Of a stretch of DNA of 64,000 nt, positions 1 to 14,375 are shown piece by piece (positions within the stretch are counted from its first letter, which is position 1; each line of letters starts with the position of its first letter). Below the pieces are notes generated by a model. It did not search any database. It had not been told where the DNA came from and worked only from the letters and a program-made list of their open reading frames with translations. Both the position numbers and the translations under genes were made by a program. The DNA comes from Eledone cirrhosa (lineage: Eukaryota): NCBI GenBank assembly GCA_964016885.1, contig OZ024743.1, positions 296,794,001 through 296,858,000 on the forward strand, given 5' to 3'.

Positions 1-2640
1 CTACTGAATGGGACACTAAAAAACATAGACACTAAAAATAGACTGGAAATAAAGTACAAAACTAGGAGGAAAAAGCTAAATATTATCATAGAGGAACTGA
101 AGCAACGCATTGTAGCAAAGAGTGCAAAAATTAGGCGATACGAGAGCAGAGTCAGTCAGTATAGACAGAACTGCATGTTTGACAACGACCAGAAGATGTT
201 ATTTGGACAGCTTGAAGGGAAAGAAATGGCAACGACTTGATCCCCGATGCGGAACAAACTAAGACATTCTGGAGAGGAATATGGGAGCAGGATGTTAAAC
301 ATAATGACCAAGTAGTGTGGATTGAGACAGTACAAAAGGAGATTAGTGAACAGGCACACCAACAAACTGATTTGAGTATCACAGTTGAAACTCTTAAGCG
401 GCAAGTAAAAAAACTAACCAACTGGAAATCACCAGGCCCAGATGGTGTGCAGGGGTATTGGATTAAAGATATAACATCCCTCCACCTGAAACTGACAACC
501 ATGTTCAATGACTGCTTGATGTCAGGTGAGGTACCAGAGTGGTTGACAAAAGGTACCACAGTTCTGGTAATGAAAGACCGAATCAAGGGTAATGATGTTA
601 CCAACTATAGACCTATCACATGTCTGTCCGTAATGTGGAAACTGTTGACAAGCATTGTGTCTGAGGAAATCTACCATCACCTCCACACAAACAACTTGTT
701 ACCGGACGAACAGAAAGGATGCCGAAAGAAGTCCCGTGGTACAAAGGACCAGTTACTTATTGATAAGATGGTAATGAGGAATTGCAAGAGGAGACACACT
801 GGTCTTGCCATGGGATGGATAGACTACAAAAAGGCATTTGACATGGTGCCTCATTCTTGGATCACCAAAAGCCTTCAAGGTAGCAGATAACATCAGACAG
901 TTGTTGGGCAAAAGTATGAAGTCCTGGAAAACAGAGTTAACATCAGCTGGAGAATCCTTGGGAGGCGTGAAGATCAAGAGAGGTATCTTCCAGGGAGATA
1001 GTCTGCCCCTCTGTTGTTTGTCCTTGCCCTGATGCCCCTGACCATTATACTGCGAAAAGTGAGAGCAGGATACAAGTTGGGAAAGGGAGAACTTAACATC
1101 AATCACCTCCCCTTCATGGACAATCTTAAGCTCTTCGGGAAGAGTGAGAAGGAGTTGGATATGCTTGTTGACACTGTCCGTACTTTCAGCAATGATATAT
1201 GTATGCAATTTGGTATTAGTAAGTGTGGTGTCCTTGTGATGAAGAGGGGTAAATTGAGCAGAAGCAACGGAATCCAGGTACAAACATGTGAGAGGATAAA
1301 GGAAATTGACACTGAAGAAGGATACAAGTATTTGGGTGTTCTGGCGGCTGATGACATCAACAACAAAACAATGAAGGAATTGATAAGATCTGAATACATT
1401 CGGAGAGTAGGAGCGTATTAAAGTCACATCTGAACAGTAGGAATGCCATAAGTGCAGTAAATTCCCGAGCTGTGTCTATTATTAGGTACAGTGCGGGAAT
1501 TCTGAGATGGAATGTTGCTGAACAAAAAGAAATGGATAGGAAGACTAGGAAGCTATTGACTATCTACAACATGTTCCACAAGAGGAGTGATGTCGATAGA
1601 CTCTACTTAAGGAGATCTGAAGGTGGAAGAGGTCTTATCAGCATAGAGGACTGTGTTCAGATGGAAAAAAACAACCTACACAAATACGTGACTGATAGTA
1701 AGGAGCCAATGCTCAGAATTGTATTGAAGGAGAGGACAATAGACCAGGGGATGTCCAAGGAGGAAATAACAACAAGGAGAAAGAGCAGCCTTCATGAAAA
1801 ATCCCTTCATAGTACCTTCTTTGAGAAAACTGAATTCAGAGATCCACAGACATGGAACTGGTTGAAAAGAGGAGACCTTAAAAAGGCTACAGAAGGAATG
1901 CTAATGGCTGCGCAGGAGCAGGCCCTCAAAACGAAGTGGCTGAAACACCATATTTACAAGGAGGAGGCTAGCCCACTGTGCAGGATCTGTGGAGAGAAAG
2001 AGGAGACTGTGGCTCACATTGTATCCAAGTGTAAACACCTAGCCCAGACTCACTATAAAGGCTGGAGACATAATGTGATGGGCAGGGTGATCCACTGGCA
2101 CCTATGCAAAGTAAACAATTTACCACATTCTGAGAAGTGGTATGAGCATAAGCCAGAGTCTGTGATAGAAAATGATCAATTGAAGGTGCTGTGGGATTTT
2201 AGGATACAGACGGACAAGAAACTGGAACACAATAGACCTGACCTGGTGGTTTTGGACAAGGAAAAAAGATCGTGCCTGATTGTGGATGTGGCCTGCCCAT
2301 TCGAAACGCGAGTGCAAGAGAAGGAGAGGGAGAAAATTAACCAATACCAGGACTTAAAGTGGGATGTAAAAAGGATTTGGAACTGCCATGAAGTCAAAGT
2401 GGTCCTGATTGTCATAGGCGCACTAGGTACTATCTCAAAAAATTTCCAGGGATGGTTAAAGAAAATTGACCCCACCCCGCTTTTTGGAACACTTCAAAAG
2501 GCATGCTTGCTGGGAACAGCAAGAACCCTCCGATACGTCCTGCATATTTGAGGCTGCAGGTAGTGGCTTGATATTCATTTCAACAAACTTTCCAGTTAAC
2601 TAACATCAATGACTGAGACTCAAAGAACAAAAATACACTA
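1..2640 (+). mobile_element. Non-LTR retrotransposon, R4/Dong-like (RT + CCHC knuckle + restriction-like endonuclease), inactivated; 5' part lies outside the window
   Basis: ORF pieces 237-890, 1014-1421 and 1472-2551 carry WKSPGPDG, NYRPITCL, WIDYKKAFD, RGIFQGDSL, YKYLG, CRICGEKEETVAHIVSKC, RHN, RPDLVV and EK..Y.DL motifs. Frameshifts near 235, 880, 1015 and 1420. The catalytic motif reads FMDN rather than FMDD. A TAA-rich tract follows the 3' UTR. Confidence 0.92.
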
Positions 2641-2914
2641 TTAATAATTATTAATTAATGCAATCGTGCAATGCCTGTGCGTGACGAATATTTTTAAAGT
2701 GAGGAAAGACTGTGCACTGAGCCAATCCCACTCTCTGAGAGACAGTAGCTATAACCCGAAAAGAAGAAAAAAAGAAAAAAAGAAAGAAGATATATATATA
2801 TATATATACATATATGAGTTCAATTCTCAGACCTTGAGCAAGAAACTTTATTTCACATTGCTCCAGTTTACTCAGCTGTAGAAATTAGATGATAGGGATT
2901 GGGGTCCATATCAT

Positions 2915-3098
2915 TCCACTACAAAGTGGTCGTGGAGGTGCCACAGCAAAAAAGCACTCAGCATTCACTGTAAATGAGGTTGGTGTTAGGAAGGGCATCC
3001 AGCTGTAGAATTCAAGCCAGAATCAGTTCCCGTCTCACCCTTGCAAGCAGGGAAAAAGCGGACGTAAAAGGAAATGATGATGATGATGATGATGATGA
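2915..3098 (+). mobile_element. RTE LINE 3' UTR fragment with (GAT)n tail
   Basis: Contains ggttggtgttaggaagggcatccagctgtagaa...ggacgtaaaa(gat)n, the same tail that follows RTE RT remnants at 15775-16402 and 20272-20760. Confidence 0.8.
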
Positions 3099-3140
3099 TA
3101 TATATATATACATATATATACATACATATATATATACATA

Positions 3141-4530
<1,390 letters not shown>

Positions 4531-5169
4531 TGCTGCTTGAATCTATTTGCGGTTAACCCTTTGCTCTACGGTTCTTATATATTTGATATATATTTATCCT
4601 TATCGAGCCCTCTTGGATTTTAGTCTTCAAATTTATTATTATTACTATATATATATATATAATATGAATGAAACCACCTTCTAACTCTTTTTTTGTGAGT
4701 AGAAGTTATTGTCTGTCATAAGAGACAAAATATTGACCACAGTCAGGCAACCAGACATCAAAGTAATGTATCCATTATCTTGATTCTAAACACTCAAGAA
4801 TTTCTGGAGACTTTCTTTGTGTATGACTGAGATTAATAAAAAAATATATATATTGGAAATGATTAGGAATGTATTATGGGTGTTAAACTAACACATACAC
4901 TTACATTTACGTATTTACACAGACACACACACACACATACATACATACATCCATCCATACATCCATACATACGTACGTATGTATGTATATATATATATTA
5001 TAAAGAGTCAGGAACCTGACGGCTGAGCTCTTGCCATTTCAATGGTCTAACCAGTTTCAAACTGAATCCATCCTGATATATATATATGTATGAAAAATTC
5101 AGGGCCCCAAATTTTTCATTTTACCCACTCTACTACCCCAAGTATTGAGTACTCTGGTGAATAATGGTC

Positions 5170-5442
5170 TAAGTCTGTCTTAAGACAGAAGGCTCATTTG
5201 GCCGGCGCTTATCCCAGTTTCATGACATGAAACAACAGAGAGTACAAGACTCCCCCTGGACAGGACGCCAGTCCATCACAGGGTTAAACCCCTAGCTATT
5301 GCTGGTACTCATTTTCAGCTGAGTATACTGGAGCAACGTGAAATGAAGTGTTTTGCTCAAGAACACAACACACAACCCAGGAATCGAACCCACGGCATTA
5401 TGATCGTAAGTTCAACATCCTTACCACCAGGCCACGTGCCTC

Positions 5443-5445
<3 letters not shown>
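5170..5445 (-). mobile_element. tRNA-derived SINE with CORE-like central domain
   Basis: Minus-strand head has A box TGGCCTGGTGG and B box GTTCGATTC, followed by cttgagcaaaacacttcatttcacgttgctccagt. Related pieces at 2815-2915, 16720-16910, 21505-21600 and 57160-57290. Confidence 0.75.
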
Positions 5446-5480
<35 letters not shown>

Positions 5481-5621
5481 CGAGAGAGAGAGAGTGAGAG
5501 AGAGCATCTTATACAAAATCACTAAGGAGTAGAAATAAGAACACTTCTCAAGCATATTTCCTTGGGGATAGAGCTTTAGTTAGTTAAGCCACATACATAC
5601 ATTCATACATACATACATACA

Positions 5622-6490
5622 TATGGACCAATTTACAGAGAATTTGTGCACGGGTACCTGAGGTGAAAAACACAGACCATAGAGGGGATAAATCATTCAT
5701 AAAACCTGGCATGGAGTTCCGACAAGTTTATAACATCCCACCTTGAAGGATATCTCTATGCAATACAGGAACAAGAAATCCCTACCAAATATCTGCTACA
5801 CAAAAGAGGAGGCCCATCAGTTGACAATAAATGTAGGCTTTGTAAAACAAAGATAAAAAATGTTAGCCACATTGTTGCCAACTGCAAAAGAATGTCGCCT
5901 CACTACTTCCTCCCTATAAGACACGATGTGATAGCTAGAACCATCTGGAGCGCACTTAGGAAAACAAAATTAAAAACAAATGAGGAGGAATATGTTGAGA
6001 TAGATGGCACTAAAGAATACTGGTGGAACCTGAAAATAAAAACTGCCACCAAATAAAACACAACCAGCCTAATATTGTTGTTTGGCACCACGCACTGAAA
6101 ATCTGCTCTGTTGTAGAGATCAGTGCCCACTTGATGTAAACATTGTAAGAAAAATACAAGAGAAGGAGGACATCTACGGATGTCCTCCTTCTCTTGATGA
6201 GGAGTTTGCAGATTCAGTATCCAGATACACCTTCAGCTTCATACCCATCATTATTGGAGCTACAGGTTATATACCAACCCACTTGGACCAAAGTATAACT
6301 GAACTTGGACTCGTGGACAAAGAGCACAGCTCCCTACTTTGTAGACTACAAATGGCTGCGATATCTGGCACCTTCAAAATTTGCAAAACATTCTTGCAAT
6401 TCAAGGGATGACAATTTCTTTTCCTTTACAACCTTCCCACTAGGAAGGTAGCCGGTCAAAAATGTACTTGAAATTAAGAGAAAGAGAAAC
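5622..6490 (+). mobile_element. 5'-truncated REL-endonuclease LINE (second R4/Dong-like family), degraded
   Basis: Translatable pieces IQEQEIPTKYL, CRLCKTKIKNVSHIVANC, IRHDVIAR, YWWNLKIKT and EKEDIYG...FIPIIIGATGYI...KICKTFL*, with stops and frameshifts. Flanked on both sides by (CATA)n. Confidence 0.8.
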
Positions 6491-6879
6491 ATATATATAC
6501 ATACATACACACACACACACGCATGCATACATACATACATACATAGGTACATACATAGACCCTTCGATTGTGTCAATGATAAGATAATCTCCTCTGTGCT
6601 CTCAATAGAATTTCCCTGTAAATTGAAAAAAATGATAAACATCTTTAATCAATGTTCAGATTTAATTGGATCCTCATAAGAAGATGTGTATATTATCCCG
6701 TCAAGGAATTAAAGGTGTTCCACATTTTTTCAATTTACATGGAAATTCGTATTTTCTGGCTCATTTAAATTTATACATTTATACATGCTGGTGCAGTCTC
6801 AGTTACACACTTTGCATGTATACCAATATAACTATATCATACACCTTGGCTGCTAGAACACTTCTCAATATATATATAT

Positions 6880-6923
6880 ATTGCCCTGATGAGAACCATT
6901 TAAGTTCGAAATCCATAGACAAT
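6880..6923 (+). ncRNA. Minimal type I hammerhead ribozyme motif
   Basis: AUUGCC-CUGAUGA-GAAC CAUUUAA GUUC-GAAA-UCCA-UA-GACAAU. Stem II has 4 bp, stem I has 5 of 6 pairs, stem III is very short. Starts directly after (TA)n. Confidence 0.7.
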
Positions 6924-7044
6924 TATCTCCCTTGCTTCTGCTGGACTCTGCTCGACGGCATTGCTGTCAGTCTTCTATTCATAGCTGAGGCTTTCAAAAT
7001 GTATATACAGCTATTTTGAAGCTAAATTCTAATTCTATTTTCAG

Positions 7045-7205
7045 TTGAGCCAACTTACACAGCGTTGTATGCAAATGAGGCTAATCAGCCCATTTACACA
7101 GGTGAAACAAAAGACTATATAGTTTTGCCTGTCTCAAAGTCCAGCAGTAAGAAGAGGGAAGCATTGTCCTATCCTGTAAAATCATCAAGTGTACCTAAGG
7201 GATGA
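7045..7205 (+). CDS. Possible terminal coding exon of an upstream gene (EPTYTALYANEANQPIYTGETKDYIVLPVSKSSSKKREALSYPVKSSSVPKG*)
   Basis: Acceptor ttctaattctattttcag| with a CTAAT branch-like site, 52 open codons in non-repetitive sequence, TGA at 7203-7205, AATAAA shortly after. Confidence 0.35.
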
Positions 7206-8654
7206 AACACTGTGTAAGGAATAAATTTTGGTATAAAAGTCTTGCTTTCTCCACCATATATTTCTGCTTTAATATATATACCTATTTGCATTTATCGTTG
7301 TTGTGTTATAAGAATGGCCACTGCCTTCAGTCGTTTTTCTTGGTGTCACACTTCATTATCTTTTGTATTTACTCTGGACGATAATGTAGTAACTTTTCGC
7401 TCCATTGAGTGCTTTGTGATTGCCCCAAACAACTTGATTAGTACCTGCTATATTGCAGCCACAATTTCGATTCATAACCAGTATTATCTCTCTCTCTCTC
7501 CATGTGTGTATGTGTGTGTGTGTGTGTGAATATATATGCATAGCAAGACAAAGAAAGAGAGAGGGAAAGATATTATTTTATTGAACAGATAATACTAGAT
7601 TTTTTTGTTATCACAACCAATATAAAAATCATCAGATCTTTATATGTTTATTAATTATCATTTACATGAATGGAATCGTCAAAGAATTACTTTTTTGTTT
7701 TTGTTTTTGCAGGAAAACTGTAGAATACATAACACTAATGATATTACCGTAGAATTTAGGTTTCTATGGAAGACTTTATAATCAAATTTAGAAAAATCTG
7801 TTTTGGACAGGATTTCAGTTTTGTTTCTATGACAACTTCCATCTCTCCTCTTCTCCTTCTCCCCCACCACAGGGCAAACATTTCACTGTACATCAGAAAT
7901 AATAATAATTATGAGTGAAGTATAAAATCTTCTGTGGACTTTCTAGAATAATTATTTTCATATACGAGATGGATTGTGGTGAAAGAATGATGGAAAATAT
8001 CAAAGACTTGTTAATCTTCTGCTATGTGGTGTCGTTATAGTTATATTTTGGTATGTGAAAGCGGCATGATTATATCTTTGTATGTTCAATTCCCAGCAAG
8101 TACATTGTGTGCCCTTGATCAAGACATTTTATTTCATGCTGTTCCAGGCCACTCAGCTGACAAAATTGAGTTGTACTTGTAATTCCAAGGGCAAGATAAA
8201 TCTCCCTGAGAATTATTTTAAGGATATATGTGTCTATAGAATGCTCAGCCACTTGCACATTAATTTCATGATCAGTTTGCTGCATTAATTGAATAACTGG
8301 AACATTCATCGTGGGAGCCAACGGGATTCCAACACAACAACTTTTGGTATATTTTGGTATGGGTTAGTGCTGAGTGGTAGAAACTATGTAGAAATGAAAG
8401 TCAGAGTGTCTAAAGAGTAATATTTGTAAACCAGCTAAGAAGGAGCCCCATGAGGCAGGGTGGCTATTTCAGCAGGTGTCGTTGGCCATTCTCCATGGTA
8501 ATGCCTTCACCATTCTGTCTGGGGTGCACAGCCGAATTACCACTCAGGCTGGAGCGTAGAGTCTGTCCCTCCCTCTCTCCCTTTCCTTCGTTGCTTCATT
8601 CTCCTTTTTCTTCTTTTTCTTCTTTCCTTTTCCATTTTTTTATTTTTTTGTTTC

Positions 8655-8850
8655 ATTTCGGTAGAGTGCCAGACACCATGCTTTGTGGCATAGAGTTACG
8701 ACCCTTTGCGTTCTGAGTTCAAATCCTGCCAAGGTTAGCTTTGCCTTTTGTCAATAAATAGAGCACCAGTAATGCACTGAGGTCGATTTAATCAACTTTT
8801 CCCTCCCCTTCAAATTACTGGCCTTGTGTCTAAAGTAGAAACAATTATTA
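8655..8850 (+). mobile_element. tRNA-derived SINE (gagttcaaatcc...ataaaataaagtaccag family)
   Basis: B box GTTCAAATC and a conserved body repeated more than 12 times in the window; (ATT)n tail. Confidence 0.8.
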
Positions 8851-8914
8851 TTTGGTTGAAATAAAAAGCAAAATTTTGAAAATGTTAACAAGATGAGAAA
8901 ATATTGGAATGGCA

Positions 8915-9835
8915 TGTGTGAGAGTGAGAGAAAATAAAGATTTTGAGAAAGTGAGAAAATAAAGATTTGAGAAAGAATGAAGATTTAAATAGACAGGGAA
9001 AGGTTGAAGTTTTAGAGAGAGAGGGAAAAGGGAAGATTTATAGAGGAGGAAAAATGATCATGAGGAATTAGCAAAGAAGAAACAGTGAAGATTTAGAGAG
9101 AAGAAAATGAAAGGGAAGATTTAGAAAGAGGGCGAAAGGTCGAAAATTTTGAAGAAAGATAAAGAGTGAAAATATAAAGAGAGAGGAAAAAGACTGAAGA
9201 TTCAAAATGAGGAGGAAAATGAAATTGAAGATATATAATATACATAGAGAGAGAAGGGGAAAAGAGTGATGAATTAGAAAGGGGAGAACGAGTAAGATTT
9301 AGGAAGTGGGGAAGAGTGAAAATTTAAAGAGGAGTGGAAGATTGAATATTTATAGAGAGAAAGGTGGAATAATGGAGATATAAAGAGACAGGGAGATAGA
9401 ATTAAGATTTAGAGAGAGAGGGGGAATGAAGATGAAGATATATAGAGAGGAAGGAGAATGGTTGTGAAGATTTACTGAAAGGTAGAAGATTTAGAGTGAA
9501 GGAGAGACGGGGTAAAATTTAAAGACGGGAGCGGGAGAGAGTGAAGTTTTAAAGAGAGTAGAAAAGATTAAGATTTAGAGAGAGAGAGGGAGAGGGTTAA
9601 TGATTATGAAGATTTAGAGAGAGGGAGAGAAAGGGTGAGATTTAAAAAATGAGAAAGAGTAAAGATTTAAACAGAGGAGAAGAGTGAAGATTTAGAGAGT
9701 GATAGTGGGGTGGAGAATAATTGTAAAGATTTAGAGAGGGGGGAGCAATGTTTAGATGGGGAAATGAAAGTGAAAAGAAGAAAGAATGAGAATTTAGAGA
9801 GAGGGATAGAGAAAAGAGTAGAAAGAGTAGAAGAT
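8915..9835. repeat. Degenerate purine-rich tandem repeat (gaagatttagagagag-like unit)
   Basis: Recurrent aagatttagaga core roughly every 20-30 bp; the + strand is strongly A/G-biased. Confidence 0.8.
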
Positions 9836-9904
9836 AGCAGACTTTGTCAGTGTTTTTTTTCTCTCCTGAAATGGCTTCCTTGTTGATATAGTCACCAACA
9901 TCCC

Positions 9905-10275
9905 CACTACTATAACAGCAACAACAGCAGCAACACCAACAGCAATAACAACAACAACCATTGTCATCATTATCACATCTACTACCACAGTTACCACTGC
10001 AACCACCTACCACCACCATCTCCACCACAGTCACCACCACTATAGTCACAACTACCACCAAAGTCACCACCATTACCACCACCACAACCACCACAGTCAG
10101 CACAACCATCACCAATATTACCACTGTGGTGGTACAACTACCCCCACCACCACCATCACCACTATTACCACTGTGGTGGTACACCTGCCCCCACCACCAC
10201 TATAGTCACAACTACCACCACGGTCACCACCATTACCACCACCACTACACCATAGTTACCATCACCACCACCTCT
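9905..10275. repeat. Degenerate (CAA)n/(CAC)n trinucleotide tract
   Basis: Directly visible; produces spurious Thr/His/Val-rich ORFs. Confidence 0.85.
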
Positions 10276-11598
10276 CTTCCTTATCTCTATCTCAGTGTTT
10301 TACAGTTACTTGTGACATTTTCCACTTTAATTTGTAAGAATTCAGAATTAAGTTGACACTTGATTATCACATCTGATCTTTACAGGTGATCTTAGTAACT
10401 CTTTAGTAATTAGTTGCTAGAATATATTGTAGACTGTGGGAGTATGCTGTCTAGTGGCTAGGGTGTTCAGCCCACGATTGTAAGGTAATGGGTTTGATTT
10501 TCTGATCAAGCAGTGCTTTATATTTTAAGTTATTGTTAACAAACTTTTTCAGGCAATCATATTATCAGCCTGGATTAACCAATAAGCAAGATAAATAAGT
10601 GTTTTGGGCAGTCATAGGCAAACGTACAACCCTTTTGGCTTTCTGAATGGTACCCCTAATTCCAAAATTGCCTTGAAGTTTTTAGTAGTGTGGCCCACCT
10701 TTAGAAGAGCCACATCCTTATGTGGTCCACAGTTAAAAAAAGTTTCCCATGTTTGGCATAGGGCCTTATGTTAAGAGAGACCCCATAATTTATTTTTCTA
10801 GTACAGTATATTGGGGTTTGTTCTATATACTGTATATGGTGTACCATAATCTTTTCAGTGCTTAAGACAACTAAAGGTCTTAATCCAGCCCTGCATATTA
10901 TATATGTTGTGAAAAGGTGATCTAGTGATTAGTGTGCTGATTTCATGATTATAAGGTCATGGATTCAATTCTCGGACCGGACAGTGTGTTGTGTTCTAGA
11001 TTATTATTTACATTTTTTCTTCTGGTAACCATATTATGTTTGTAGTGAAAGTGTATGATCTGGTGGCTAGTTTGTTAGTCTTCTGATAGTAAGATTATGT
11101 TGTGTGTTCTATTGCCAGGATTGGGCATCACATCGTTCCAGTACAGTCAACTGAAAAACAAAAGTTAGTACCAACTGTGAGTTAACCTAGCAATGGTAGG
11201 GAGTCCCTTGTTGTACTTACAGTCACTTAATACTATATAATCTGTCAAAACCTCAAGTGTCTTCAGTTATAGAAATATAGAGGAAGAATTAACCCGAGTA
11301 GGAGATTGGTACTTTTTTTAAAGTGTTTATATTTACTTAAAAATTCTCCATCATAATTTTATAAAAGAAACTTTGTTAAGTTCCAAACACCAGCTTAAAA
11401 ATTGTTGAGTTATATTATTAAATCCATTGAAATTTTTCATTATTTAAAAAATTATTTTAAAATGATAGGCTGTTTCATAAGAAATATGGTAAGAAAAGGG
11501 TTAAATTCAAATATTACTATTACATGACACAATATTAGATTTTGGTAGTTAAATATTTAAACCATGCAACATGGTTCATAATTTCATAATTTCATGCT

Positions 11599-11630
<32 letters not shown>

Positions 11631-12354
11631 GGGGGGGGGTAGTAGTAGAATTTTAAAACCCACCTATTTTCCTTGGGCCAACTGCAGGCCTGTTAAAAAA
11701 AATTCTCAGGCCCATATTGAGAATCACTGGGCTAGACCATAGTTTCTGAAACTTTTATTGTCTACTGCTCTCAAATATTTCATCATCCCCCTTCCTCAAT
11801 ACATTTGATGAAAAATGATACATTGAAAATTAAATTTTGATATTCCTTTTATTTTATTTAAGCATAAATAGGTAACTAGGTGACATTTTAACAAGCAGCT
11901 ACTGATTTGTATTCTTTGCCCTTTTACTCCCTTACTATTCCTTGCCTTCTAATGACCATCTACTACACCCTTGTCCCTCTCTTGAGATTCCCAGTATCTG
12001 CAAGGTAGCTGTAGCATCCATTTTTGGAATCAGTAGTCTAGACACACTACAAGTTAGTCCTGACTGAATACATCCAGTCATGATTATATTACCTTTCTGT
12101 ATATTCAAAACCAAAATGAATTCAACTCTCATCAAGGTCAACTTTGCCTTACATTTTTTGGGGTCAAGAAAATAAAGTATTAGTCGAAGGTGGTGAATTA
12201 AGGGAATTATGTCAGATAGTATTTCTTTCAGATCTTTACATTTAAATCCTGTTGTGGCCTACTTAGGAGGTAGACTTAATTGGTTACCCTTGGATGTCTT
12301 CTGTATAGTCAGCTTGAAATCCCACAAACCATTCTGGAAATCAATGAAGACCCT

Positions 12355-12740
12355 TCAAGACAATTAGTTTTATCTGAAGCAAGAGTGGCAAAGATCATGG
12401 AATGAGTCCAAATTTTCCAACCATGACCTTGTCCATGACCCCACATCTAAACCAGCTGGCTTTGACCTTCCTAGGAAGCAATCAGTGTCTCTTAATCGGA
12501 TTAGCACAACCCATGCCAGGACAGCCCAATATCTCCATTGATGGAAAATGAAAGACAGCCCAGTATGTGACTGTGGAGACCCTGACCAGACAGTGCTGCA
12601 TGTTGTTTGAGATTGTCTCCTCTGATGTTTTCCTGGCAGCCTAGAGGCAGTCCATAATACTACAAATGATGCCTTAGTCTGACTCCCCAATCTTGATGTC
12701 TCTCTAACCATCGTGCATATGTCATATGACAAGAAGAAGA
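12355..12740 (+). mobile_element. Vingi/Ingi-like (I group) LINE 3' end, degraded
   Basis: + frame KPAGFDLPRKQSVSLNRISTTHARTAQYLH*WKMKDSPVCDCGDPDQTVLHVV*DC contains a CCHC knuckle; ends in a (GAA)n tail. Confidence 0.65.
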
Positions 12741-13924
12741 GTAGTCAGCTCTGTTGCAAACTTTTGAACCAGGCCTCTAGTTTGAAGATACCTTCTTGTC
12801 TCCCACTTAGTAGTTTCAGAGGTTCTGAAAAAAGTTATGGGTAATAGCCTTCTCTCCCTGAGTCCACCTCATTTTATGCTTACTTGGTATGTGTTGAATG
12901 GATTGTCATGGTCTGAGACAAGACAGGTTGGAGCAACCCATCTTGTTCATTATGTTCCATATTTAGCATGGTTTCTATGGCTGATGCCCTTCCTAACAAC
13001 AATTATCTTTCAGGGTGTATTGGATGTGTTTATCATAATATTAGCACTATCACTTTACCAAGTAAACTGGGTGCATTTTGTCATGAGACCAACACTAACA
13101 ATTTATAGAATGTACTGGGTGTCATGGGACCATCACTAGAAAGGCCAGATAGAAAAGTTCTTTCTAACCCTGTATTGTTTTCATTTGATTGCTAAACACG
13201 GTAGCCTCCAGTCTCTCACTATATTTACTTTTAGTGATGCAGTGCTCATGCTCGTATTGGTGGATGGGTCTTGTCGAATGTAATCCTCATTAAGACAGTA
13301 GGGATAATTGGCTGTCATTTCTAACATGTCAAATAAGACTGAGTGTCTCTTGCTGGTATCTCAGAAACTACAGAACCTTAGCTATAGAAATGTTTTATTC
13401 AATAATTATGAAACAAAACAACTAGTTTTTCTTCTGTGAAGATTTATTCTTTAAGCAAGTTATTTGAGCATGAAATACATAATACATTTCTTGTCAAGAT
13501 AGCACTGTGGCCATGATTACAGGTTATATGTAAAACTAAATCTGTTACATGGGAAACAAAAGAAGGAAATAGAAATATGTTCATATATGTATCTCAAATT
13601 ATCAGTATCATCATTGTTATCATCATCATCATCATCAACAGCAGCATCTTCCTCATTGTCATCATCATCACGATCTATATCATTATCATCCTCATCATCC
13701 TTTTTCAGACTGACATTCTTTGCAGGAATGGTTTATCCAGGAATTTTCAAGGTAACTTTTTTCTACAGTCAGATGGCCTTCTTGATGTTAAAGTGGTTGG
13801 TATTAGGAAAGAAATCTTAATACCAACCTGTAGAGACCATTCCAAAACTAGTTCTCTTACACCTTTTAGACACAGACCATGACAAGCCATCCAAGTAGGA
13901 CTTAAAATGATGATGAAGGTGGTG

Positions 13925-14080
13925 ATGCTGATCATCATCATCATTTTACGTCCGCCTTTCCCTGCTTGCAAGGGTTGGATGGATCCTATTCAGCACAGCA
14001 TCTCTCCACTTGTCACGGTCTTTCGTCATCGCCTCGGTGAGTTTCAGCGATCTGAGGTCTGCTATCACCACCTCCCACCT
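13925..14080 (-). mobile_element. RTE LINE 3' end fragment
   Basis: Reverse complement of the tail at 20610-20760. Confidence 0.8.
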
Positions 14081-14103
14081 CCGCTCATACTATGAAGACT
14101 GTC

Positions 14104-14375
<272 letters not shown>

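Noticed and set aside
5370-5445. tRNA gene
   Set aside because: A and B boxes are present but there is no complete cloverleaf, and the sequence continues into a SINE body.
9961-10356. Mucin-like Thr-rich ORF (also the Asn/Thr-rich ORF 18478-18816)
   Set aside because: Degenerate CAC/CAA repeats are open in several frames on both strands, with no convincing exon boundaries.
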